The notes: a model not told the origin generated them from the sequence alone. Shown: positions 1-12,706, counted from the stretch's first letter. The stretch: 64,000 nucleotides of DNA from Octopus vulgaris (GCA_951406725.2 OX597822.1:10230001-10294000); one strand, 5' to 3'. Numbers and translations are program-made.

Positions 1-870
1 ATTTCTTGCCAAGTTTCATGCAGTAATCTCAAAAGATCTGGCTTTGAGAGTGCTTTGTTGTTCTTTTTATGAAGTGTCCTGTCCATTATGTTCCAGAGAT
101 GTTCAATAAGGTTCATATCTGGTGACTGGCTTGGTCATGGAAGGTGACTGGCTTGGTCATGATCCAACAAATCTTGGGTCATTTTAGCCGTGTGGCAAGT
201 AGCCTCATCCTCCATAAATAAAGAGTCTTCTTTAATCATTTCAATACTGGAGAAGATTGAAGGAGTCCTTTCTGCAATATGGACACATATTTATCTGAGT
301 TTATGTTTCCATAATACTCCACCAGCTCTGATCAACCATTGCTCCAAATTGCTCCCCAGATCATTACAGAATAGCTGCCGTGTTTCATTGTTGGCTGCAA
401 TATTTTCACATCAAATTCTCCACACCTACACGCGACTTCTGTCAGGAAATACAGCAAATATGGACTTATCAGAGATTATAACAGTGACCCAAGATACTAT
501 TGGCCTTTCCACTATCTTCACTGGCCCAATCTTTTCTCCGTTTGATGTTGGCAGGTCAAAGAAGTGGCTTCCTTCCTGCTGTTCTGCCAGAGTAACCACG
601 TTTGTGGAGATACCTGATAACTGTTCTGGGACTGACATCAACTTGTTCTGCTATGCTAGAGGCCTTGCTACGAGGACTTTCCTCTACACTTCTCTTAGCA
701 AAGTGAAGGATCTTTACAGAGAGCCCTTGTTGAACTTGGCGAGTTCTGGTAAAGAAGCGAGATACCTAGGTTTTCTGCGATTTTACGCTGACTATGTTAC
801 CTTCAGATTGACCCACAATACGGCCTCTTTGAAATCCAGACAGTTCCAAGGCCTCTTTTGTACATGGCAC
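1..870 (-). mobile_element. Decayed Tc1-family (DD34E) transposase, running off the window edge
   Basis: Minus-strand translation across frameshifts gives ELSGFQRGRIVG (N-terminal HTH), GRKPLL..NIKRRKDWA, ISDKS, FMEDEATCHTA and PSQSPDMNLIEHLW, which are Tc1 motifs. A 19-bp internal duplication lies at 121-139/143-161. Confidence 0.85.
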
Positions 871-1130
871 GATTAAACAGTCACATATAGAACTTGAAAC
901 AAAAACGCGTTAAATTTGAAGGAGATATAGATCTGGCGGTAAGAAATTATAAAATACGTCTTGGAACAAAATGGCTGACAAGAGATAAAAATGGTTGGTC
1001 GCGTTTGGAAGGATTTCGATCATAGGTCTCTAGGGATCAATGGTTGACCTAGGGCTACACAGGAGCCTACCTAGCAACTGGTTCAATAATGGTGAGAAAG
1101 ACAACGAACAGTGACAGCAACTGCATCAAT

Positions 1131-1131
1131 T

Positions 1132-1187
<56 letters not shown>

Positions 1188-2270
1188 ATACCACCACACC
1201 AACGCCGCCGCCACCACCATCACCACCACTACCACCGCTACTGCTACTACGACTACTGTGAGTACCACAACCACAACTATGACTGTGGCTACTTCCACAA
1301 CAACAGCTACTATATCTACCACCACCACCACCACCACCACCACTACCATCACCACCACCATCATCACCATCACCATCACCATCACCACCATCACCACAAC
1401 TACCACCGCTACTGCTCCTACGACTACTGTGAGTACCACAACCATAACTATGACTGTGGCTACTTCCAAAACAACAGCTACTATATCTACCACCACCACC
1501 ACCACCACCACCATCATCACAATCACCACCACTACCACCACCAACACCACCACCACCACCATCATCACCATCACCATCACCACCATCACCACCATCACCA
1601 CAACTACCACCGCTACTGCTCCTACGACTACTGTGAGTACCACAACCATAACTATGACTGTGGCTACTTCCACAACAGCTACTATATCTACCACCACCAC
1701 CACCACCACCACCACCACCACCACCACCACCACCACCACCACCACCACCACCACCACCACCACTACCACCACCACCACCACCACTACCACCACAACCACC
1801 ACCACCACCACCACCACCACCACTACCACAACAACCACCACCACCACCACCACCACCACTACCACAACAACCACCACCACCACCACCACCACCACCAACA
1901 CCACCATCACGACCACCACCACCACTACCACCACCACCACCACTACCACCACCAAAACCACCATCACCACCACCACTACCACCACCACCACCACCACCGC
2001 CACCACTACCACCACCACCATCACCACCACCACTACCACTACCACCACCACCACCACCACCACACCACCACCAACACCACCATCACCACCACCAACACCA
2101 CCATCACCACCACCACTATCACTACCACCACCACCACCACCACCACCACCACCAACACCACCACCACCACCACCACCACCACCACCACCACCACCACCAC
2201 CACCACCACCACCACCACCACCACCACCAACACCACCACCACCACCACCACCACCATTACTACTGCTACC
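1131..2270. repeat. Compound (TAC)n/(CAC)n microsatellite containing three copies of a ~90-bp unit
   Basis: Unit accaccgctactgct...tatatctacc starts at 1231, 1402 and 1606 within the CAC/CAT repeats. Confidence 0.95.
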
Positions 2271-2844
2271 GTAACAAATGCTGTGGCTCCATTATTGTTG
2301 ACAAACTGTTACAGTGTTCTGCAGTCAGCTGCAAGCTACACATCGAAGCACCACACGGAATCACACTTGCAAACACACGGTACATTGACGCCTGCATACA
2401 CAAACAGAAAGATCACACACACACACACACATACACACACGCACATACACACACATACACACACACATATATAAATGTATACGTATGTATCTGCCCACCA
2501 TTCACGCACACGTATACACACTAGAATTCACACATGCAACAGGAGCACAATTTACAGACGTCGCACAAAGGCATCAGATAAGTACAAATATATTTAGACA
2601 ATGCGCTGGGCAGCGACATGATGAGAACACATGACGTCTCGTGGAAATATCGTGGTTTGAAATTATAAACCGGGATTTAAACGGAACGGCTGGCGCGAGA
2701 TTAAGAAGCTACAGACCTCTTTTGTCTTCGGATAGCTAAGGGAATGTAGGGTTTGGAAGGGACACAATGGACGGGACTAGACATCCAGACACCAGAGCCA
2801 CAGAGAAACAAATGAATCAGAAGAATAAAAGCGGAGCAACGTTT

Positions 2845-3007
2845 TCAAGATGACTCTGATGATGACTCTGGTGATGATGATGATTATGATGATGATGTCG
2901 ACGACCATGACGACAATGACGACGTCGACAACGACGACGATGATGATGATGATTATGATGATGATGATGATGATGATGATGTCGACGACCACGAAAAACA
3001 CGACGAC

Positions 3008-3052
<45 letters not shown>

Positions 3053-3391
3053 GGTGGAAAATGGTGACGACAACGACGGCGACAAGAACAACGATGCTGA
3101 TGATTACAAAAGGAAGATGATGATATAAAATATCGTTATCATTGTTATAGTTCCCGTTGTTGCTGTTGCTGTTGCTGTTGCTACTGTTGTTGTTGTTGTT
3201 GTTGTTGTTGCTGTTGTTGCTTTTGTTGTTATTTAACTCAAGTGAAACACGATGGACAAGTCGTATGATCAAAGGTAGTCAAACCCTGACTGACGTCCAT
3301 CTTTGTCTCTCTCTGTCTCTGTCTGTCTGTCGATCTGTCTGTCCCTCTATCCCTCTGTCTGTCTGTCTATCTGTCTGTCTGTCTGTCTGTC

Positions 3392-3432
<41 letters not shown>

Positions 3433-3440
3433 TTCTCTCT
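2845..3440. repeat. Cluster of (GAT)n/(GAC)n, (GTT)n and (CTGT)n microsatellites
   Basis: Directly visible. Explains the poly-M/I/L/N and CLSV ORFs. Confidence 0.95.
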
Positions 3441-4574
3441 CGACGAGGAATCAATGACACTATTATCTATCGTCCGTCTTGTATTTTCTACTTCTTCCTG
3501 GCGATGCGTAATCATAATTGTCTCCCTCACTGGCTCACTTGCAATAATAATAAATATCTTAAATATCTTTTTTTTTTTTCGTTTGCAATGGTCAAACATT
3601 ACGCTATTCTACATGGCTTGGCTGTACGCTGTGTCTTTATCTTCTTGTATTCCATATACTATTGCATTGACTATCTTCAAAATAATGTATACTGCCCAGT
3701 GGTGAGCGCTGTGCATATCTATTAGTCCTCAGGATTTGGCTATGTATTTTTTAATCATTCTCAACATAACCTACTACTATGAAGATTATATCTATTTTCA
3801 GGCCCTATTTTCTGGTTATCCTGATTTCTAGAAAATTTCTGCATTTTTTTAAAAGGAAATTTTTCTCCGTATGGTATCGGAGACATTTACTGATCTGATG
3901 ATCCTCGACGTCAATAACTGACCGATTCGCATTCAACTCCCTTTCTGTCGGTGTCTATAACTCCTAGAGTATCACTGCTATGTCATTTAATGCTTTCCTG
4001 ATGTCTGTTTATACCACTTGCTGTGCGTCGGTGTTCTATAATGCTGATAGCAGTTTTGGTGCATGATAGTCCCAACTCTCTTATCCTTGTAAATGCACTG
4101 TCACTCTCGACTAAAATTAGGCAACCACTAACGAAGTTGTTAATTATATTTCCTCCACATCTACATACTCTGCGGTTACTTAACGTGTTATGCTTCTTTA
4201 TATACCGTTGACAGCTTCTGGCTGGAAGACTGATTCTGTATCACAAGCAAGAGCCTTAAGTCTCATTTCTGATTCTTCCTCTTCTCAGTGAATGGTCTCA
4301 TATTTTTTTTGCCTATTTTCTAACTGTTCAGATTTTTTAACTCTTTATTTTTTTTTACTGGTATATCCCATGTAGGAGTTTTATTAGCATTATTTTAGCA
4401 GGGCATACCTTAGCTCCATTTCATGTCACTTTCTTTCGCCTTTTCACTATTTCCTTTTTTGCGTCTTCATCTTGTTACCTCAACCTCTATTTTATATTTC
4501 CTTGAAGAGAGAAGAATGTCCATGCTTGCTCGAGTTTATTTGCTTCTACTAGTATTAGTTTTCATTGCAAAATG

Positions 4575-4785
4575 ATGAGCTAGCAGAATCGTTGGCACGC
4601 CGGACAAAATGATTAGCAACATTACGTCCGCCTTTACATTCTGAATTAAAATTTCGCTGAGGTCGACTTTGCCTTCAATCCTTTCTGGGTCGATAAAGTA
4701 AGCACCAGTTGAGCAATGGGGTCGATATAATTGACGTACCCCATCCCTCAAACTTGCTGGCCTTGTGCTTAAATTTGTAACCAAC
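4575..4785 (+). mobile_element. SINE family A, diverged monomer
   Basis: Matches the copies at 28128 and 50835: gcagaatcgttggcacgccgg...gaggtcgactttgcct...ggtcgata. Confidence 0.8.
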
Positions 4786-4841
4786 ATTTCCATTGTCCTT
4801 TACTTAATATTTTTGCAGCTCCACAAAATTTATTTTAAAAT

Positions 4842-5270
4842 GAGTGGCTGTGTGGTAAGTAGCTTACTTACGAACAACATGGTTCTGGTTTCAGTCCCAC
4901 TGTGTGGCACCTTGGGCAAGTGTCTTCTTCTATAGCCTCGGGCCGACCAAATCCTTGCGAGAGGATTTGGTAGACGGAAACTGAAAGAAGCCCGTCGTAT
5001 ATCTGTGTATATATATATATATAATATATATATGTATGTGAATGTATATGTTTGTACGTCTGTGCTTGTCCTACCAACTTCGCTTGACAACCGATGCTGG
5101 TGTGTTTACGTCCCTGTAACTTAGCGGTTCGGAAAAAGAGACCGATAGAATAAGTACTAGGTTTACAAAGAATAAGTCCTGAGATCGATTTGCTCGACTA
5201 AAGGCGGTGCTCCAGCATGGCCACAGTTACACGACTGAAACAAGTAAAAGAGTAAAAAGAGTAAAGAGTA
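4842..5270 (+). mobile_element. SINE family B (tRNA head, CORE-like motif, internal TA/TG microsatellite)
   Basis: A-box-like TGGCTGTGTGG, B-box-like GGTTTCAGTCCC, CORE-like CACCTTGGGCAAGTG and tail ggcggtgctccagcatgg...(gagtaaaa)n. Nine related copies or pieces occur in the window. Confidence 0.9.
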
Positions 5271-7771
5271 GTTGTATTGGACCCCTATCATTCTGTATTT
5301 GGGGCTAATTATATTAATTCAATATCAGATTTTGGACTTCTGTATTCTAAATGCAGTTATTATTTTTCTTATCTTTGCCCGTCTAGTATTATATTGCATT
5401 TTGCGTCCAATTGGGAATATAAATGTTACTTATAACTTGGGGGAAACAGAGAATTGATGCCTATTAATTTATCATTATTAATTTTTCTTGCATTTAACTC
5501 TATTTTATGAAGCAATTTAATGTCAATAATATTACTTCTTATTTATTTTGTTTCATTTCTGTGTTTGAAGTGGTGTATCGTAGTTTTTTGGCCGCATTAC
5601 GCGATAGCCAAATTAACAGTCCACATTTTTAAATGTGACATACCTCCAACAAGATCAAACCTACGAATATAAAGTGACCGCACTCTACGGTACGTATACA
5701 CATCATACCCCACGTTAGGCCACTCTATTTATACTGAACTATTTATAGCTGATCATTCCTTAAGTATTTGTAAGTCAGCATTTGCTTTAATTATAACGTC
5801 TGTTAATTAATTTAATAGGATATTAGTAGCGTTAATTTAATGAATATAAACACACACACACATGCATACAAGTATGTATGTATATACTCATACATGCATT
5901 TACACATGCATACATACGCACATGCACACATGCGCATATGCACACATACACATATTTGTTTTGTTTTCTTCTAGGAAAGGCTTAATCGTCTGACCCAACA
6001 TCAGTGGTAAATATAAAGGTCCGCTTTTACACAGTTTTTGTCCTGAAACCTTTTGGTTTTTGTATTTATACTCTCTACTCATAGAGTCACACTTTGGTAA
6101 CTAAAACACATATTTACGTGATATAAATACAAATCCTTACAACAACGCAAACTTGTGCAATACTTTCAAGAGTACCAACAACAGCTTCTTTGCTAGAGTA
6201 GTAAACTAATGTGGTGTCTTAGACATGGTTAGGATCCAGACTCAGAAAGGTGTAGCAGTTGCAGGTTACTAAGGAGTCTGGTTTGTTGCATGAGGAAGTT
6301 ATCTAAATGGTAGCACGAAGGAAGATGACATGTTTCTGCTTCACAAAAGCTAGAAGAGGCTTCATTATTCTTTCAAAATAGTCTTAGATAATGAGTGTTA
6401 CAATGTATATTCCTGTCCCGATGTGTCTCCCGTTGGTAGCAAAAGGACAATTGAAAATATGTCAGTGTATCAAAACTGAGAACAAGGCAAGACAGCAGAC
6501 CTAAGATACAAGAAACATCTGCATGCAAGTTGATGCGACAATGGATATGACCACGTAACACAAGAATCCTAGAAAGATTCGGTGTCAGATTTGAAGCACG
6601 GTATGAGCGGGTACTGTGCACTGATGTGATGCAAAATGACGGTCGGTCGGGTGCTGTTTGCAGATATCTGCTTATCTTGATTTCGAAGTAGAAAGAACGT
6701 CTTTGAACCTGTATCTAATTTTGAGTATACAGAGATAGGCGACAAAGCAAAAGGTGCTCGATTGATAGTCCAGCTGCTATACACCTGGCAGTAAGAACCA
6801 CTTTATGAGGTCCCGTCTTAAGAAGCTAAAACGGCAAGGAAAAAAGGGGGATTCCAACAGAGGCCTGAACATCAAAAGCAGCTCTCAAATCTTCTATTAT
6901 CAGGACACCTCCAATCGTATCCTTGAGGACAGCTTCGAGAATTGTATAAGAAGTCACCTTGTCCTCAACACCAATAACCGACAACTATGTCCACCCTTAC
7001 ACTGGCTACAAACTGTAGCATCACCTCAATGTCTTACGGCTATTGGAAGCACCTGTAGGAATAAGGGCAGAGAGTATTGCTCAGGAAGGTAAAACTTAGA
7101 CAAAGACAAAAAGGCAAAAATGCGCTTAAAGCAAAGAAATGCAAAAAACAATGAAGAGAATCAAATTCCATGTCAGGAAAATATGTGATTCCGGATTCTT
7201 TGAATATCAGTGAAAGAGATTGTGGGATATGCTGAACAACATAGATGTTATAGAAATATGCTAAAGAAGGATGATATGGAGTAAGTTTATGTAAATTACT
7301 TGAACTATAGACAAACAAATAGAAACCAAACATGCAGTTATGAATAAATGTACTGTTCGCTAAGCAGAGAATGTGATGTTTTGAACTTGTCTAATTCAAT
7401 ACAAAGAATGCTCACAGACAATTTTCTGACTATCTGTTTTCTGAGCCGGGAATATAAAGTAACTGGAATTGTGGCGTGTCTAACTCAACCTAATTAGCGG
7501 TTTCTAACCCCTGTGGATGTGTGTGGCAAGAGAAAAGTTGCCCTTATTTATTTCTTGAATTAAGGTCAGTTTTTCGCATCCTCTTAGTATTTGTGTATTC
7601 ACATATTTTCAGTTACTGCCTCAATACACTGAATAATGTCTTTGGTTTATCGTCTATCTATAACTATGTATGTACATGTCAGGCTTTGGAGAGCAATTTT
7701 TGTTGCACACTACTGCATGTATAACTTGTTCCCGATGATATGCTATTATTATTATTATTATTATTATTATT

Positions 7772-7981
7772 GAGTGAGAGAGCAGTTCATGCCATCAAAG
7801 TGACACTGGGGTAAAATATACGAAGCCCAATATACCCATCATGACTACCCGTCTGATAAGGGTACACCAGGCACATGCATCACAACCATATGTGCGCGAC
7901 ATGGTGATCTTATATCAAGGTAAACAGCGCATGACCTTGCAGGTGGGGCCCAGTTAGAATTTTCTTCAGGTCGAGTAGCCC
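7772..7981 (-). mobile_element. Family D repeat, copy 1 (5'-truncated, 210 bp) between (AAT)n tracts
   Basis: Closely matches 8028-8237. (ATT)n lies on both sides. Confidence 0.85.
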
Positions 7982-8027
<46 letters not shown>

Positions 8028-8584
8028 GAGTAACAGAGCAGTGCATGCCATCAAAGTGACATTAGGGAACAAATATACGAAGCATCATGTATCCATCATG
8101 ACTACCCTTCTGATAAGGGTACACCAGGGACATGCATCACAACCATGTGTGCGCGAAATAGTGAATTTACATCAAGAGAAACAGCGCATGACCTTGCAGG
8201 TGGGGCTAAGTTAGAATTTTCTTCAGGTCGAATAGCCCATCCTGCTAAAAAGATCCCTGAATAAGGTTTGTTTTAAGGATGATGAACAAAACACCCATGT
8301 TTCCAGAGGTGAATTATTCAAACTCCGAAGAATTCCTCTCAATACATGATTATGATCCTCCCCCACTACTTCTGCTTGTGATCAGAGATGCACACATCGT
8401 GAGCTACTAAAGGACACGCACAACTGGCTAAGTTCAAACAAGTGATAAGCAAATCTGAGGTATTGAGCAAAAAATTAGCGGTAGCTAATCTTTTATACCA
8501 AGACAAAAACAACGTACATGATATTACTTCCAACCAGTTGAGATCAAAAGCCATGCGAGCCATTGCCTGGTACTGCATCAAGAC
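8028..8584 (-). mobile_element. Family D repeat, copy 2 (apparently full length, ~557 bp)
   Basis: Colinear with the copies at 8854 and 11878. (ATT)n lies on both sides. No ORF, TIR or A/B box seen. Confidence 0.85.
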
Positions 8585-8630
8585 ATTATTATTATTATTG
8601 TTATTATTATCATCATCATCATCATCATCA

Positions 8631-8688
<58 letters not shown>

Positions 8689-8693
8689 CATCA

Positions 8694-8724
<31 letters not shown>

Positions 8725-8726
8725 CA

Positions 8727-8758
<32 letters not shown>

Positions 8759-8784
8759 GAGTGAGAGAGCAGTTCATGCCATCA

Positions 8785-8785
<1 letters not shown>
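8759..8785 (-). mobile_element. Family D repeat, copy 3 (terminal 27 bp only)
   Basis: gagtgagagagcagttcatgccatcaa is identical to 7772-7798 and is embedded in (ATT)n. Confidence 0.8.
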
Positions 8786-8840
<55 letters not shown>

Positions 8841-8853
8841 CATCATCATCATT

Positions 8854-11047
8854 GCGTGAGAGAGCAGAGCATGCCATCAAAGTGACACTGGGGTAAAATA
8901 TACACGAGGCACATACAACGTAACCATATTTGTGCGCAATACGGTGATCTTATATCAAGATAAACAGCACATGACCTTGCAGGTGGGTTTCAATCAGAAT
9001 TTTCTTCAGGTCGAGTAACCCATCCCACACACAAGGTCCCTGAATAAAGTTTGTTTGAGGAAGTTGAACGAAACGCCCACGTTTCCAAAGGTGATTTATC
9101 CAAACCCCAAAGAATTCCTCTCAACATATGGTTATGATACTCCCCCAGTGCTTCTACTTGTGATCAGAGATACACATATCGTCAGCCACCAAGGGATATG
9201 CTCAACTGGTTCTGGTCAAACAACTGATAAGCAAATCTGTGGTATCGAGCAGAATATTTAATGTAGCCCATGTTTTATACCAAGACGAAACACTTTCAAT
9301 TAGTTAACACTAGCTTAAGGTGACCCGCTCTACGCGCGGGTAAGAGTGTGGTTGTTACTTTCTGTTGCTTCCATTCTGTTTTTTATCACCACATTCTCCC
9401 TCTTTGTTTCTCTCTCGTTTCTCTCTCACTTTCCCACTCTCTTACTCTTCCTTTCTCTCGGACTCTCCCTCGCTTTCTCTTTCTCTCTTTCTATATATCT
9501 CTCTCTCCCATTTATAAACAACAAAAGATCTTGAGTAAGTAGAGAAAGAAAATATTTTGAAAGATCAATCATAAATATCAGGCAGTGACAACGGAAAGGT
9601 CTGCTTCAAGGCAAACAGCAAAACACTAAAATTTAAAAGGGACAGACGAACTTGCGAGCTGAATAAAAATAAAAAAATATTGGAAACCAAAGTTTGAAGG
9701 GATAGAATCTGAGGATAGTAGACTCACCATGGCTGGCATTTCTTAATGACGGACAGCAACGTAGTGGCAGTGTAACGGCTGGCGTAAAATTTTGGACTTG
9801 ATGCAAAAGAAAATTCCTAAACACCAAGTTTTGAAGTGATTCTTTCTCACGACGGTAGACTCACCATGGCAAGCATTCAAAACTTCTTCAATACATTGAC
9901 GATTTAAAGGCTGGCGCAATTTTTTTAGCTTGATGTGACAGAGAATTCCTAAACACCCGCTCCTGCAAATTTTAATCCCCTTCCAACCCCATTTAGACCC
10001 CTTTTCACATTTTGGTTAATATAACCCGATTTCATTCGGGTCTACTCGGGACACATTTTAAGAGATGAGGAATTTTGTCCTAGAGGTCACGCCTTTCATT
10101 TGAGGAAAAAAAATAGTTGCCATGCAAACTCGCCAGCACTTTTAACATAGGTTTGCATATTTTCAGCTCAACCAACCACATAATGGACACCTAATATATA
10201 TATATATGTACATATATACGCATTATATATATATATATGTGCGTGTACGCATTATATATACAAGTGCATACAAATTATATATATATATATATAAATACAG
10301 TAATAATATAGGGTGAAATTAATTAATTTGGAATAATCATTAATTTCACCAAGTAGATTTCGGCATGTAAAAGCCTCATTCGAGCAAAGTTTAAGTAATA
10401 TTAAGTAATTAAGGGTTTAGCAACGATTTGCCTCACCACACACCGAATATAGAAATAGCAGTCAAAGAGTTATAGCTATTCTTTCTACTAAAAGGGAGAT
10501 CTCAGTAAAACCGCAGCACATAAATACAGCAGACACACACACACGCATATATAAATTAACCCAATAAATATCTGATTCATAATATTTGTTCTCATGATTG
10601 AGTGGTGGTTGTGGCGATAATAAAACTCTCTATGAATGCAGACAGACCGACAGAGAGAGAGTGAGAGAGAGGGGGAGGCGGTGGACGAAAGAGGGACAGC
10701 GCTGACGAAGGCAGCAGGGGGAAAGATAGTAGTAGCTGTCAAACGTCGTTATAGAGAAAATGTGATGGGAAGGGAGGAAACAGAGAGATACGGAGGAAGA
10801 CAGGCAGATAAGAGAAAGAGAGAAGACTTGTCAAAGTGTGCGTTTTTTGCTCTAGTAGCCTCACCTTTTGAGCTAGGGATTTCTAACCTAGCCCACTCAC
10901 ATCCACACCTCATTTTACATGTCCCTATAAATTTTGAAGTCAATTCGACGGGATCTAATGCCCTTTAACCCGTTCCAATGCCAAAACCAGACAAACAAAC
11001 AAACTTTCTCATTTCAGATAAGAAGCCATGCGAGTCACTGCTTGGTA
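8854..11047 (-). mobile_element. Family D repeat, copy 4, split by a Helitron (8854-9309 plus 11019-11047)
   Basis: The rejoined halves ttagttaaca|taagaagccatgcgagtcactgcttggta align with ccagttgagatcaaaagccatgcgagccattgcctggta of copy 2. Confidence 0.8.
9310..11018 (-). mobile_element. Non-autonomous Helitron (~1.7 kb)
   Basis: The minus strand starts TC (11018-11017) and ends CTAG (9313-9310). A GC-rich hairpin ACCCGC-N7-GCGGGT at 9323-9341 lies just inside the 3' end. Inserted between A and T with no TSD. Confidence 0.85.
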
Positions 11048-11076
11048 TTATTGTTATTATTATTATTATTATTATT

Positions 11077-11298
11077 GCGGCGTCGAAATGGCAAAATTGT
11101 TAGCATTCCAGGTGAAATGCTTAGCGTTATTTTGTCCTTCACGTTCTGAGTTCAAATTCTGCTATGGTCGACTTTGCCTTTCATCCTTTTGGGTCAACAA
11201 ATTAAGTACCAGTGAAACACTGGTGTTGATGTAATTGACTAGTCCCTTCCCCCAAAACTTCATGAGTTGTGCCTTTAGTAGAAAGAATTGTTATTATT
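11077..11298 (+). mobile_element. SINE family A monomer with (ATT)n-type tail
   Basis: GAGTTCAAATTC B box, gtcgactttgcctttcatccttt body and tail gtgcctttagtagaaagaattgttatt. Confidence 0.85.
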
Positions 11299-11725
11299 TA
11301 TACGCACAGTATTTGTATTACTGATTCGCTGAACATAAAGCGGTTATTCGTGTCTTTAGATGTTCAGTGCATATCTGAAGATTAAAGAGAGATGCCTTCT
11401 GTAAATGCGTAAATTTAATTGTTATGCTAATTTTTGAAAGCCTTTTGGTGATATTTTCAGAAACTGCACCTTGTGATCGCATTATGACAGGAATTACCAT
11501 AACCTTCATGCAGTTCCAAAGGAATCTTAACTCCCACTTTATATTCTGGAATTTATCTAGTTCCTCATATTTTTTCTATTAACTCGATATCGAAAGGGGC
11601 AGGCTAGATCGATTCTCATATAAGTTCCAGCATCTTTATTTAATTCCGCCATATCCAAGCCTTAGCTCTCCATTTCTTTCTGCGCTTAGATTTCCATGTC
11701 TTATGGAATTTATGATTTAGAGAGA

Positions 11726-11876
11726 TTCTTCTTCTTCTTCTTCTTCTTCTTCTTCTTCTTCTTCTTCTTCTTCTTCTTCTTCTTCTTCTTCTTCTTCTTC
11801 TTCTTCTTCTTCTTCTTCTTCTTCTTCTTCTTCTTCTTCTTCTTCTTCTTCTTCTTCTTCTTCTTCTTCTTCTTCC
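11726..11876. repeat. (TTC)n microsatellite, ~50 units
   Basis: Directly visible. Abuts the terminus of D copy 5. Confidence 0.98.
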
Positions 11877-11877
11877 T

Positions 11878-12415
11878 GAGTGAAAGAGCAGTGCATGCCA
11901 TCAAAGTGACACTAGGGTAACATACATGAAGCCCAATATACCTATCATGACTACCTGTCTGATAAGGGTACACCAGGCACATGCACCACAACCATATGTA
12001 CGCGATATTGTGATCTCATATAAGGATACACAGGACATGACCTTGCAGATGGGGCCCTGTTAGAATTCTCTACAGGTCAGGTAGCCCATCCCACTCAAAA
12101 GCTCCTTGAATAAGGGTTGTTTAATGATGTTGAACTAAACACATGATTACTGAGGTGAATTTAACAAAGGCTTAAAGAATTCCTCTTAACACATAGTTAT
12201 GATGTCCCCCACTACTTTTGCATGTGAACAGAGATGCACATATCGTCAGCCACCAAGGGAATGCTCAACTGGTTAAGGTCAAACAACTGACAAGCAAGTC
12301 TGAGATGTTGAGCTGAATATTTGCTGAAAACCATCTCTTATACCAAGACAAAACATGTATGTGATAACACTTCCAATCTGTTAAGATCAAAAGCCACAAG
12401 AATCAGTGCCTGACA
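11878..12415 (-). mobile_element. Family D repeat, copy 5 (near full length)
   Basis: Colinear with 8028-8584. Flanked by (TTC)n and (ATT)n. Confidence 0.85.
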
Positions 12416-12421
12416 CTATTA

Positions 12422-12510
<89 letters not shown>

Positions 12511-12532
12511 TTTATTATTATTATTATTATTA

Positions 12533-12614
<82 letters not shown>

Positions 12615-12658
12615 GTAGTAGTAGTAGTAGTAGTAGTAACGGCAGCAGTAGTAGCGGC

Positions 12659-12706
<48 letters not shown>

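Noticed and set aside
190-876. 228-aa plus-strand ORF
   Set aside because: It is antisense to the decayed Tc1 transposase and has no recognisable domain.
1089-2474. His-rich 461-aa ORF and other homopolymeric ORFs (poly-V, T, Y/I, C/V, YLSI) across the window
   Set aside because: They are translations of microsatellites, open in several frames on both strands.
3950-4260. Possible RT remnant on the minus strand (TDIRKALND)
   Set aside because: A single weak motif, too degraded to call.
8359-8369. 11-nt match of family D to U1 snRNA (GTAGTGGGGGA), plus a short U2-like stretch near 8551-8567
   Set aside because: Too short and on opposite strands, with no extended similarity.
7745-8860. Repeat-spacer appearance suggestive of a CRISPR array
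   Set aside because: The spacers are (ATT)n, the repeats are truncated copies of one element, there are no cas genes and the context is eukaryotic.
10340-10385. Hammerhead-like CGAATGA-GGC...GCC-GAAA on the minus strand
   Set aside because: Two core mismatches and no convincing stem I or III.
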